The notes under the pieces are model-generated. The model saw only the letters and a list, made by a program, of their open reading frames with translations, made no database searches and had not been told where the DNA came from. DNA of 64,000 bases, taken from contig JALDZX010000017.1 in the NCBI GenBank assembly GCA_022813865.1, positions 62,001-126,000 of the forward strand. The letters run 5' to 3'. This document shows, piece after piece, positions 12,682 through 24,504 of the stretch; position 1 is the stretch's first letter, and every line of letters begins with the position of its first letter. This stretch comes from Xylographa opegraphella (Eukaryota). The translations under genes and the position numbers were made by a program.

Positions 12682-13392
12682 CGTGGATCTGTTATGTGCT
12701 CATTGAAGGTAGACTACGATCTGGTGATATCAAACTCGAACCTGCTGCTTGCAAGAAACGGTTCTAGGCCAATTGTTCAAAGGAGAGACTCTTGGGCGAA
12801 CAGCAAGTCATATCATTGGCCGTCATACGTGTTGTACTGCACGAGAGTCTCTTGTACATTGGTTAGCACGCGAGTATCACAAACACATCCTTTCAGCTAG
12901 TTGGGCCCCTAAACCGGTGCTCGGTATGGGCAGCCCGCCCGCTTATTCGTGATCAGTCTCCAGGGGCTTATCCCCTCCGGAGCACTTTGGCCCCAGTCAG
13001 GAAGAATTCCATGCCGGCTGGGCTCAAGCCCTAATTAGCGGCAGTAAGGAACTAATCTAAACATAAGATACACATAACTCTGTCATTTATTATGCCTACT
13101 TTGCCAGTTTACTTTCTTCACTTTGCTCTGTTTGAAGATGCCAATCATACCATGTCAGATGCTCAGAGACAGATGCTTGTGCGACCAGATATTTCACTTT
13201 TGTTTCGCTATAACTTTACGCTACATCCATAAGCATGCATCCATCCTACCTTGCTTCGTAGTCTAGCAGCTCCAGAGCAAGAACAGCACTGTCTACTCAT
13301 GATTATCCTTGTGGGTCCATGGAGCGCTTCATCCACTTACTCTAACCTAACGCCTCGCTTTGGGATCAGATGAAGGAGTGTCCTTTCAACTT

Positions 13393-16300
13393 CTACATAT
13401 CAATCGTTTCGTTAAATCTGAGGATTCCATTGCCCTTTAACACTCCATCGACTCCTTCAAGCATGCGATACGACGATGTCGGGACTATTCTTCGCTCAGA
13501 GCACGCCAGATCCTCGGATGTGTCGGTCACAAGGACTAAGCCAGCGACCTTGATGAAATCAACAAGCGCAGGGACCATATTCTGCAACACTCGTCAGTTT
13601 TACGGACAGCATAGATTATTGATGGAAGAGATACCAGTAGACGCGAAGTGCAGACTAGCCCCATGAAGTTGTTGGATTGCGCAATCCGTACAGCCTCCTT
13701 TACCGACATGGAACCGCGTCCGTTCATTTCCACCGTGTCTGATGACGGGATCGAGATGTCTTGTTTGGCACCAAGATCGTTGCACAAGAGGACAGGATCT
13801 TGGATGTCGTCAGTCAGAACTGTTCAGGAAGCTTTAGCGACTTACAATTAGGTTGCTTCCAGTTCAACGCCGTACAGATACCCGAGTTGTAAGATGTAAA
13901 GACCACCGACCTCATGAAATCTGGGGTCTTCTCCCTCGTCAATCTTGCATGTTCAAAAACGTTGTCTAAAACTGCGTCGGCAGAGCTGTTGATATTTCCC
14001 GTAGGGCCTATTTCCATCACCCGTTCCTCCGTGAAAGAAGGATAAAGTACGTGAATGTTGAGATGTATACTGGTTTGCAGATTTGCCAGTACACCTGCAA
14101 GCGTGACAAATGACCTTGAGAGTTCGAGATGAATACCTGCGATGTCACCAACGGTCTTTTCTCTCAGGCCGGTTAGCACGGCATCTTCTTGCAGTTCTGG
14201 AGCACCTAATGATAGGAACTGAGCTGCACTCAGTCTGCTGATGGGAAAGTTGATACCATAGTGATTGATATGCCATCGAGGATAAAGTACTGGTACTCCA
14301 TCGCTTGTCAATTGAACATAAAGCCTGACGTAATCGCCCGATAGACTCGAGCCAGTGATTAGTGCAGTCGGATGTGTGTCTAATTGACTGGTAGCCTTCC
14401 AATAAGTCGCAAATTGCGTGATCTCGAGAGGAATACCATGAAACGGCTTGATGACCTGGAAGTTGAAGCTTATTTGACCGATCGCTCGCAGTCGAGGATC
14501 AAACAATGGTAGACAAACATGTCCCGAGCTGCTAGAGATAGCACGAAATATATTGGGTAGAGCAACGCTTTTGGCAATGACTTTCGAGCCGAACGTAGGG
14601 AAAATGTCAAAGTCAATAGCAAATGAGTCGAGGTTATCAATTTGGAAAGAAATGATCTTGAAATCTTCTTGAATAGGTAGCATCACATTTCTGGGTATCA
14701 AGTCCGAAAGTTTAGAAGATATGGTTAGACGAGCTGCTGGGTATTTGCTGTCGTGATAAAAGACGATAGCATCCGAACCGGCCTCTTCGAAGCTGATCTG
14801 AATGAAAGTCTTTGTGTCGAGGAAGTTATGGCCGTATCGACGCAGCGGCATGATTGGTGGAGGCAAAGAAAGGTCCGGAATACCATCCGCGTCCATGGTC
14901 ACCGGATCTGGCAGAGCATTTGAGGGGACCGACGCCAGAATAGTCTGCGATGTAGGTAACGACGGTCGAGTCAGACCAGATCCACTGCTCGTTGAGCTAA
15001 GCAGTTTCATACACTCCAAATGTCCTTCCCAAGTTGCATAATACATAGCTGAGAGCTTCTTCTCATCGAGAATATCAACATTCACCCCTTGGTCGAGTAG
15101 AACTTGCATACACCCTACGCAGCCTTCACTAGCAGCGTGGAAGAGTGGCGTCCACTGATACAACCGATCTTGTTGATTCAGGTCTGCTCCATATCGCTCC
15201 AACATCAAAAGGGTTTCCGGCATTCGGCCAGTACGCGCTACCAGGTGCTGAGGATACAGACCTTCCGTATCAGGAACAATTTTCGCTGATCGTTGGAGTA
15301 ACAACTCTATAATCGCCATAGAACCATGTTGACAAGCAAGATTCAGAGGAACGTGATCTGATTCTCCCTCTGGATCGATCCTAGCTCCATGAGCTAGAAG
15401 TTGCTTTACAGATTCAAGTTGATGCCGAACAATACCATGAATAAGGGGCGTAAAATTATCGTGATCCAAGATGTTAATCGTCTGAGGTCCATGTTGAAGG
15501 AGGGTATCCATCATTGTAACATGTCCATGCATTGAAGCATAATGAAGAGGAATTCTTCCGTATACATCCACACGAGCAACGTCAATCCCCCTCGATAGTC
15601 CGAGTTCCAGTATAGGCTTTCTACCGGAGATCGCCGCTTCGTGAAGGCAATTTCGCTCATTGATCTCATCCTCAGCATGGATATCGACCATGTTTGTCTC
15701 AAGTAAGACATCCAGCGCATCCACTGGGGCTTCTGAAATAGCTGACAAGAAGATTCGTGTAAATCTGTCCTTCGCGTCAGGGGACGCTTTGAGTCGTGAT
15801 ATGCATTCTCTCAGGAATCCAATATTTCCAGCAACAATAGCTTGGAGCAATTGCGAATCTGTATCGTCATCATCTGCACCCACTGACTGTCCAGTAGCGG
15901 CATGTCCGGCCGGTCTTATCGGTTCATACTGAACCTTTTCACCTTCCGCCCATGCGCCTAGCTCCAATAAACTTGTCGTCGCCTGATCAGAAAGATCACT
16001 GATAATATCTCTATTAAAACATGGTTGAACCTCGACAGCCCGAGATAGATAGAGCTCTTTGGTCCGTGACTATACGAAAGGTCAAACAGAGATCTGCAGC
16101 TACTACGGGTATTGCCTCTGACCTTGGATGTTTTATCCCACTGCTCCCTATCAGCGCTACTGCCAGTCGAGAAAGTTGTACATAATGCGCACCTTCTTGA
16201 GAATTTTCGAAAAAGCGGTTGCATTAACTTCTACGAATTGCTTTCAATTTGTCAGCAAGTCATGCTCAGAAACGGCCTGAACAAGATTCTACCTGTAGCT

Positions 16301-16951
16301 TATTGAGATCGTTTCCAAAACGCTGAAACCCTTCCTCGAGTGTAACGAAGCTCGCAGAGACTTTTGACGTCGTGGTACTCCTCGATTGCATCACCCGTTT
16401 CTTGTCAAGGAGTGTCTTAAGACGGAGCTTGAGCTAAAAATTGTATGAGCCGAAAAGTTCACAATGGCGGAATGAATGGCAAACCTCGGCTTCCTTTTGT
16501 AGATAAAATGCATTGACCTTCTCCAGCTCTCGTTCCTAAAATCCTATCAGTAATACGCTTAGAGCGAAAGCTAACCCCCCCATACCAGTCTAAAAAAGAA
16601 GGTCGCCTTGTTGGCTTGGAGTGACATTTGAGGGTCAAGGATTTCGAGTGGAGGATGGGATGCATTTTGAGCAAGGAGGGTTGGAGTGGCGCTTAGTTGC
16701 TTTATGAGCTACATGTGTATCAGCAAAACGACCTATAGACTTTGGTATCCGAGTTCGTACCTTTTTAAGCGCTTTATAATTGACAAAGCTGGCAGCGTAT
16801 TCTGGAATGTCTAGTTGACGCTTCTGGAGGTGTTTCCCAAACTTCCTGACCAAGAAAGAATTGTCAAAACTTGAACTTCTCCACAAGACCTGTAGGAAGA
16901 CGCACAAGCCGAGTGGCACCTTAATCAAGCAACGAAGAGCGCGACCTACAT
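13393..16951 (-). CDS. PHO81: SPX-ankyrin-GDPD-like phosphate-signalling CDK inhibitor (Pho81/NUC-2)
   Basis: SPX start MKFGK..FVNYKALKK and ERELEKVNAFY; ankyrin repeats (NCLHEAA, PLHYAS, TPLFHAA); PLRRYGHNFLD; a degenerate GDPD C-terminus (ALNWKQPNYPVLLCNDLG). Confidence 0.93.
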
Positions 16952-17221
16952 AGTTGAGGAAGATAAGATCGAGGGCCACAACCTCTCCGCTTAAATGATT
17001 GTAGGAAATTGTTATTGGTGTGGTCACGACTATAGTCGCGTACAAGCAGCTCAGGAAGATAGGAACTTCAAAAAGAACAGACGATCACATGCACAGTTTC
17101 CTCCATTTCATAGGGTTTTACGGTTGCCACGGCCTGGTACATGACTTGCATATGTAGGCGAACAGTCTCAATGTCAATTTGCAATTAGCTCAATTCCAAT
17201 TGGATGCGTGCATTCGTCTCG

Positions 17222-17331
17222 CACGTGGGGTAAGAAGTTTTGGAGCCGCAGTGCTCAAAACGAAGTCAAGACCCTTGGATTTATTCGTTCAGGGCAAGAG
17301 CACCAATCATCGACGGTATTCAGAACACGTT
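17222..17331. promoter_or_regulatory. Candidate Pho4/NUC-1 binding sites upstream of PHO81: CACGTGGG at 17222 and CACGTT at 17326
   Basis: Exact matches to the known high- and low-affinity Pho4 E-box variants, 270-380 bp upstream of the PHO81 start. PHO81/nuc-2 is a known target of this factor. Confidence 0.55.
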
Positions 17332-17890
17332 CACGGTTTCCGATCAGCCTCTGACGGGAGCTAGCACTGGCAGCGAGCACGGTACATGGCTACTTTACAC
17401 ACGGCGGTGCTGCGAGGTAAATGAAAGGCAAAATCAAAACTTTACCTGCACAGGACTCGAGAGCTGGGGAATATTACTACATAATGCAGTTGTACCTATG
17501 TAGCACACTGCATATCAATCAATTCATCACCTGAGTGCTCGGTACATAAAACATTTGCAGGCTAGCAGGACCAGTAAAAATCCTATCAACTCTGGTAAAA
17601 CGATGATATATACATTGGATATTCCCATTACATGTGACTTGGACGTTACGTTATGTCTGCCAACGAGGATTTCGCAGTCACTCCTCGACCAAAATTGTTG
17701 ATAACACATAGATATCTGCCTCCATTTTGTCTCCCGATTATCGATAAAGAATCAGCCGAGCGACTCGTTGATGCATCCAGCTGAGGTCAACATTAGTATG
17801 ATTTGATCTGCAATAAAACGAGGTGAGCAACGTGTGCGTGTGTGTGGTATATGTAACGAAAACAACAGTAAAAATATTTCGCTCCCGCCA

Positions 17891-19165
17891 TCAAAAGTTC
17901 TGGGCGATACCCGAATTCCCTTGTTGTGGGAAAACAGACGGGTTTTCTATCCTCGTGTTTCTTCTTGCTTGGACGTCTCGTATAACGGGTTGGCCACCAC
18001 CATAAGATCCGTCTCCATAAGGTCCATTTTGAGGGAGGGCCTCGTCGTAGTTCATACCATCATTGTAGTATTGTGGTGAGGACATAGCATGAGGCAGAGG
18101 TGTTTCGCCTGAGTTGTCTGATCTGTTGGCTCCCGAATAAGCAGATGAGGCATTCGACGGACCTCGATTGATTCCTCGTTCTTGGCGATTGCCCATCGCA
18201 GCAGGCGCAACACCAAGAGCACCGATCGTTTCCGAGTCGGTCGACAGAGGACGACTGTTTACCAATGGATCTCCAGAATGTCCGTCGGAATTAACAGCTG
18301 TTGTGGTACTGGGTGAGGCAGGCATATAAGGACTAGGCTGACTGCCACTGTCTGATCTTGCCATTCCTATACCGCCATTACCACTGGATAAAGTTGTTGA
18401 TGCTTTTCGATTGCTTGGGGCTGTGCCCCATCCCCTGTATCCCGTACCATCAGCTTCCCTCATCTCTGGAAGTTCATCCGCACCGCTCGCAGCACCAACG
18501 ACAGCTGGAAGTGTAGGATCGTTGTTAGGATTGAATCCGTATTCCTCCACTTCTTTTCGTCGCAATTCTTCTTCATCTTTTCGCTGCTTCCGCCGCCGCC
18601 AGAAGAAGATTAGGGCCAAAATGATAAGTGCCACCGCTGCCACCGGAACAACGACAGCAACAGCGATCTTCCCACTGGGAGTGAGACCACTGGATGAGCT
18701 CATTGTATTTGAGACGGAAAGCGGCGCCGCACCAGATGAAGTAGATGAGACTGTACTGGTTGTCGAACTTGAAATTATGGTGTTCGGCGGCGGAGTGACT
18801 GCCGCTGAGGCGTACGAAGTTAGAACTACTATTGAAGGCTGGCCATTTACCGAAGCTGTCTCGGTGACAACGGAGGTATATACAATGGGAGGTAGAGTTG
18901 ATACTGGTGGTGGCGAAGAAATTGTGGAAGGAACAGTGGTTGTGATAGTAATAGGGGTTGTAGTAGGTGCTGGTGTAAAGGTTGGTGTATATGTCGAGAT
19001 AGATGTGAACGTAGAAACATATGTCGAAGTAGATGGGGTGAAAGGAATTGGGGTTGTCGCGGTGGTCAAATCCAGCGGACTCGTTGACGCGATAGCTACA
19101 CAACTTGTAAATACTTCAGATATTACTCAAGACGCGTGCAATATACCTGTAGCGTTACCCGCCAT
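17891..19165 (-). CDS. Ser/Thr-rich single-pass membrane protein (Mid2/Skg6-like architecture)
   Basis: S/T/P-rich N-region, TM segment IAVAVVVPVAAVALIILALIFFW followed by RRRK, and a cytosolic tail ending QGNSGIAQNF. First in-frame ATG at 19165 with an intron at about 19096-19146; the true start is uncertain. Confidence 0.75.
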
Positions 19166-20579
19166 ATTATATGTGTACGGTCCAAAAGTTGACGGCACTG
19201 CTGACGCCAGGATTGCCCGGTAGGATGTGCTGTAGAGGTCGTAAAGTCGTTTTGCAAAAGAGAGCACACCTGACGAGTAATAGCGACGGATCACTTGAGC
19301 GTAGAAAGAGCGCAATTCAATGCGTCTTCCTGTAGAATTGGCCAAGGTTTGCAGAAGCGGAGTACTGTTGGCATTGACTGGGCATGAACTGTCGGCGAGT
19401 TGTTTCAAGATCCTGCAAACGACTCCTGCTCCAATCAAATCTCTACTCCGGGCACCATCGTTGAAAGATAGAACCACAAAAAGGAAACCTTGATCGATCT
19501 GGCTGCAGATCGATAGAATTAGGACAGAACAGGATGACCGGGCATAAGGGTGAAGTAGAAGGTCGTGGTGTTGCAGTTTTGTGGAGAAGTAAATGAGCTG
19601 AACACGGCGGAAAATTAGGAGACTGCTAAAGCTCGCTAGCGCCGCCAACGAAAGCTCCTAAAGCTCAACGTAGGTTAGCTTCGGAACCACGGGCTGTAGT
19701 TATCCCACGCGTTGCCTAATCCATCGCACACTCGTATATTTCAAGCTTTCTATCCTTAGGAACTACGCTCGATTCTTGTGTGTCTCGAGAGAGAGTTATC
19801 ACGGGCAGTACATGCAGATAGAGTACTTTGGCATACGCGTTTGGTCGGGCTTATCTGTCGGGAATGCAGAGTTCGCATTGATCCCTTAAGTGTTTCCTGC
19901 TGTATGAAAAAGCTTATCTGCAGATCACATAATTGCCGATCATGGACGTATAGGCTCTTAGAAGCATTGTCTAGTCCAGACGTGCTCGTAATAGATATGT
20001 TTGCCTCCAGATAGGAAGCAACCTCATCGACGAGGATGGAGAAAAGTACTTGGACGGCTGATTAATTTAGCTTCCAGCTGACCATGTAGGTAGGACTTAC
20101 CAGGCTTTTACTCTAGGCTGACAGAAATACTAAAAGTAATGCTTAAATGGGTCCTCCAGGGTAATTACATTTGGCGTCAAAACTTCTTGCCCGGGAATTT
20201 CCCCAATCGCAGCGTTTTCGAGAGTCAGCAAAATAAAGCACTGATATCAATCTTCCTAATGGCTCAGAAACTCGGGAAACTCCACATAACCAGACTCGCA
20301 AGGCTCTAAACTAATCGGCCGCCTGAGAACAACGATTTCCGTGTTATACATACGTGCGTAGAAAATGCCAAATGAACACTGTTGATTCAAGTGGCCAATG
20401 TCAGGGCGAAGAGGTGGGCCGGACCTTCCTGGACTCTGTGCGCTGCTTGTGATGCATTTGATTTGTTATGTAAAAAGCGTGTCGAGCATAAACCGAACCA
20501 CCTCGCCCATTTTCTGGCCCTATTCTTTTTTATGGAATTATACATCTAGTGAGCTGCTAGAGAAGGAACTGTTGTAATG

Positions 20580-21536
20580 TCAAACCATTGCCGATACGGT
20601 TGCTGCGGTAGCCCTAACGCTGGATGGCATGTCCGGCCATGGCTTCTTAACGGCATCCTGAATTTTCACAACACAACCATCCGGCCCTGCTATACAACCT
20701 GTGACAGTATATGATGAGCTCTAGTTGTTGGCTAGAAGACATTGAGACATACCGTTTAAAACCACTAGACCATTGATATCGTCCACCTTCAATACTTTTA
20801 CATTCTGTACTGTAACCTGCTGCCCTCCCATACGCCCAGCCATTTTCTTGCCGGGATACACCCGCGAGCCACCTCCTTGCGATTGTCCCGCTGACCCCAT
20901 CGCTCTATGGGTCAGTGACACACCGTGAGACGCTGGTTGACCACTGAATCCATGCCTCTTCATTCCTCCAGCAAATCCCATCCCCCGGCAGTTGGCCCTA
21001 GCATCAACAAATTGCCCTTCTTGAAACCAGGAAGCCTTAATCGTTTCCCCAATGCCCAGTAATCCGTTCTCGTCCCGGACCTTGAATTCCGCTAAATGTC
21101 TTTTCGGGCTCACGCCGTGCTCAGCATAATGTCCTAATAGTGGTCGGGTGACATTGCTTGGATGCTTCCATCCCGAGCCCACTTGAACGGCGAAGTACCC
21201 ATTCCTCTTCCGCGTCTTATGTGCCACGACTTGTACTCTATCCATTTGTACCACTGTACAAGCATATCGCCGTCCTGTCTCTGGATCGTATGTGGCTGTC
21301 ATACCCTTTTTGATGCCCAGAACTCCCGTGCGTAAAGGTATGGTGTAAGCTTTACGCTCTAAAGCCGATGCAGTTGTAGACTCAAGCAATGGTAGATCTT
21401 GAATGCGGTTGAAGCGGTTGGGTCTTGGGGGTGTGAGTGATCGAATACCACGATCTTGAACATGGTTGAGAGGAAGACGAGGTATCAGGAAAGAGGGTGG
21501 GAGCTGCAAGAGCGACACAGATGGCTTTGGAGGCAT
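20580..21536 (-). CDS. MRPL9: Mitochondrial ribosomal protein uL3m
   Basis: Motifs KKGMT, GFAGGMKRHGFSGQPASHGVSLTHRAMGS and PGKKMAGRMGG. Final exon GCIAGPDGCVVKIQDAVKKPW follows an intron at about 20699-20751. Confidence 0.95.
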
Positions 21537-21890
21537 ATTAACGCTTGTTCAGGTAGCTAAGGTAGGTTTGCCAGAATCAATGGAGCTCAAAATTGTATGT
21601 ATTGTCTAGCTCACTAAATTACCAGGAACTAACTAGCGTGGTGAATCTTCAGCCTTATAGAGAGGTTCATTTGCTGATCTGGTAGTCTACGGATCGACCT
21701 TATTCATTGCAGTACCTTACCTTACGCTGGTACCGTTGAACTGGCAGGATTGTACCGGCTTTTACAGGCACCAACGAAAAGAGGATCCTGATGGTGACAT
21801 TGATTGCCATACAGCAGTGCGCTTAGAAGAAATCCAGGACACTGACAACCAGGTCGTCCTTTAATGAGGATCGAATCCAGATGTGATTTC

Positions 21891-22572
21891 TCATTTGATT
21901 AATTGTGGATTGTCAAGCAATACTTCTCCTTTCACCTCCGCTTGCAGTGCGGTGTTTCTGAAAGGATCTTTACGCTCCTCCTCCAGTAGCTGAATAACCC
22001 TTCCATCCTCTGTTTCTAAACTCCATTCCTCTGTTTCGAACTACGAATTACCACGTCAGTATGTTTTCATACCAAATCAAGATCCTGAATGAGCTGCAAA
22101 TTGTCTGAAGACGCACATAACCCATCCTTGTTTTCCTAATGCTTCGGAACCTCATCAGCCCACTCCCTGCCTTGCCTTTAACCCCGAATTGAATATCGAT
22201 TTTTCCGTGGAGCTGATTCATCTCGCCCCATATCCAAGGAAATTTATCACGAAAGTATATCTCGTCTCCCAATACCTCTCTTGCCCTTGGTGAGGTGCGT
22301 AAAGCGTAAAGCGTAGAGTTGACTATTGATGACGAAGCTTTCTGGTAGTTGAAGATAGCGAGAGTTGACGCTCCTAGGATAACAAGAAACACAGGGAGTG
22401 TCTTGACCCAGCGAGCAGCGGAAGAGGATATGTCTGGTAGAGCACGATCGGGTCGACGGGACATAAGAGGGCCAGACTCTGGAGAAGGCGGAGCAATAAG
22501 CGTTCTTGTTCGATGGGGCCTAGAGAGCCAGACGAATTGGCTGACCGGTGGGCGGAGTACGGAGCGATACAT
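21891..22572 (-). CDS. COA1: Cytochrome c oxidase assembly factor Coa1
   Basis: Motifs IFNYQKASSSIVNSTLYALRTSP..LGDEIYF..PWIWGEMNQLHGKIDI; second exon FETEEWSLETEDG. Confidence 0.88.
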
Positions 22573-22745
22573 TTCGAAATCGTGTGATACTCGTAAGAGT
22601 TCTTGACTCTTATCATCGGTGTTTCGATGCGGAGAGTTTCCCATGACAGGGATATAACACATGCAGTTACGCTAGTGGTCTCGGCAACATCAAATGACCC
22701 CGGCTATTCAGTTGTCTATTCATTCTCCGGATTACGAAATTCAAG

Positions 22746-23489
22746 ATGGCAACTACGAAACAAAGGAGGATTTTTAAGTTCCGGATGGACAACAGCGATT
22801 TAGACGATACGCCCGATGCACTTGACGAAGAGGGTGAGGAGCTATCAGATCCTGGCATTCGGGCACTACAATCTTACTGACAAGTTTTCAGAGCAGGAGA
22901 AGCTGATTGCGAGAATGCGAGCAGAGAACCAAGAGCGGAACGACGAGTACTTGGTAATTTTCAAGCCAAGCCTTAGCATAGTCGACTGATGTAATTCTGA
23001 TAACGTAGAGACTCTTCCTCGCACTCCCGCTTGTCACACCAATGACATTTCTTCCTGCAATAGCAACGTCTTCACTATATCAAGTAAAATTTTTGTCGTT
23101 CATCTGTATCAGCTCCTTGCTTGCCACCGGATATATTCTTGTGTTTATATCTTTCAATCGGCCTAATAATCGAAGCCGGAAACCTCAAGATCCGGATCGT
23201 TTTGAGCCTGCTACAGGACCAGTTGCACAATATCTTCCGTATCTCAATGGCGCACTGAGCTTTCTTCTAGCTCTAAATGCAGTTGGTTGGAAGGGGAGAG
23301 GGGGCGTGCATCAAGGCTTCTGGATCCTTTGCTTACAACCCGCTCGTAAGTCATTTATCTTGTTCTTGATAATGGTTACTTACAGTAAGCCCAGTTGTGT
23401 TTTCTACCATTGTAGCTGCGAAAAGGATCATGCTGGAAGTAGATATTGACGAATTGGAAGACTTGAAATATGGATACAAAGGTGCATGA
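22746..23489 (+). CDS. Small fungal membrane protein of unknown function; 4 exons
   Basis: Spliced ORF MATTKQRRIFKF..ALDEEEQEKLI..hydrophobic segments..DIDELEDLKYGYKGA* with canonical introns. Confidence 0.75.
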
Positions 23490-23646
23490 GTTGCCGCTTG
23501 GCCAGTCAGGGAATAATGCAACACATAAGGTTGAGAATTTAGGTCATGGTACTAACGTCAATGTTTCCTGTACAAAACCGTTGTCTTGCACTACACCAGG
23601 AGTAAGTCGAGGCTCAAGAAGCTTCGGTACCTAAAGCGCGAGGGAT

Positions 23647-24079
23647 TTATCGGAGACAAAGGTTCATAGTTTTATTCAGCATTTGTAGAGTAAGCTCCAG
23701 GTGTTGGAAAGCGTCTTTCTCCAGGATGGCTACCTCAGGTTTGTGGCTTCTAGTCCTGAATGTATTCAGTAGTGTTATGCACTGACAATCGATTGACCAC
23801 ATACTCGGCTTTCCGTCTTCCTGAATGCTGCCACCAGCGCACATGCATAAGATTTTTTAGAATTCGATGTTCCAATCCTCTGAATTTTGCAGCATTCTCC
23901 AGAAATAGTTTTGTGTTCTGGATCTTCCTTACATTAAATACAGAAGGATGACTGCTACGAAAAGCATCTTTAAGTGTGTCTCTCACAATATAGCGGGCAG
24001 GCGTGGAATATTGTACTGCGTGAAGTGCACTTCGGTATAGAGTCCGATAAGCCAGAATTATTTGAGTATTGGCGATCAT
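23647..24079 (-). CDS. DUF1763-like (LYR-like) small protein; 2 exons
   Basis: AYRTLYRSALHAVQYSTPARYIVRDTLKDAFR..NTKLFLENAA..GLEHRILKNL; exon 2 ends MLNKTMNLCLR. Confidence 0.8.
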
Positions 24080-24504
24080 GGTTCATATTTTGCCTTCAGG
24101 TAATTCATCAATGTTCCATTATATGTACACCTGAGGTCAAATATTTAAAACTACCTTAGGTACCTATCTCTAGGGCGGCGAGGGCGGGAGAAACTTCACC
24201 ACGCTAGGGACTAGCACCAGTAGCCGCTAGAAACCACGCTAACACGAGTATGCTTGACCTCGATCTCTCGTTGTATCCTCCAGTCTTGCAAATAATGTCT
24301 ATCATACATAAACCCAATGATAGCTGACCTATAAGTAGGCTGCTTCCGTTGCAGACGATTCTAGAGGTCAACTTCTACAGATCAAGTGTAGGCCTGCGGG
24401 CGCACACGTCAACATGCATGAACAGTGCGATACAGCTATTAGCTAACATCATAATTGTGATCTATTGGAGCGCAGAAGCTCTAGATCAAGCACAAACTTT
24501 TAAG

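Noticed and set aside
12955..13035. Short hairpins (AGGGG-CTTAT-CCCCT; GGGC-TCAA-GCCC) between VPS29 and PHO81
   Set aside because: Too short to distinguish from chance, with no ncRNA box motifs.
18411..19223. 270-aa Val/Gly-rich plus-strand ORF
   Set aside because: Antisense shadow of the Thr/Ser/Pro-rich CDS on the minus strand.
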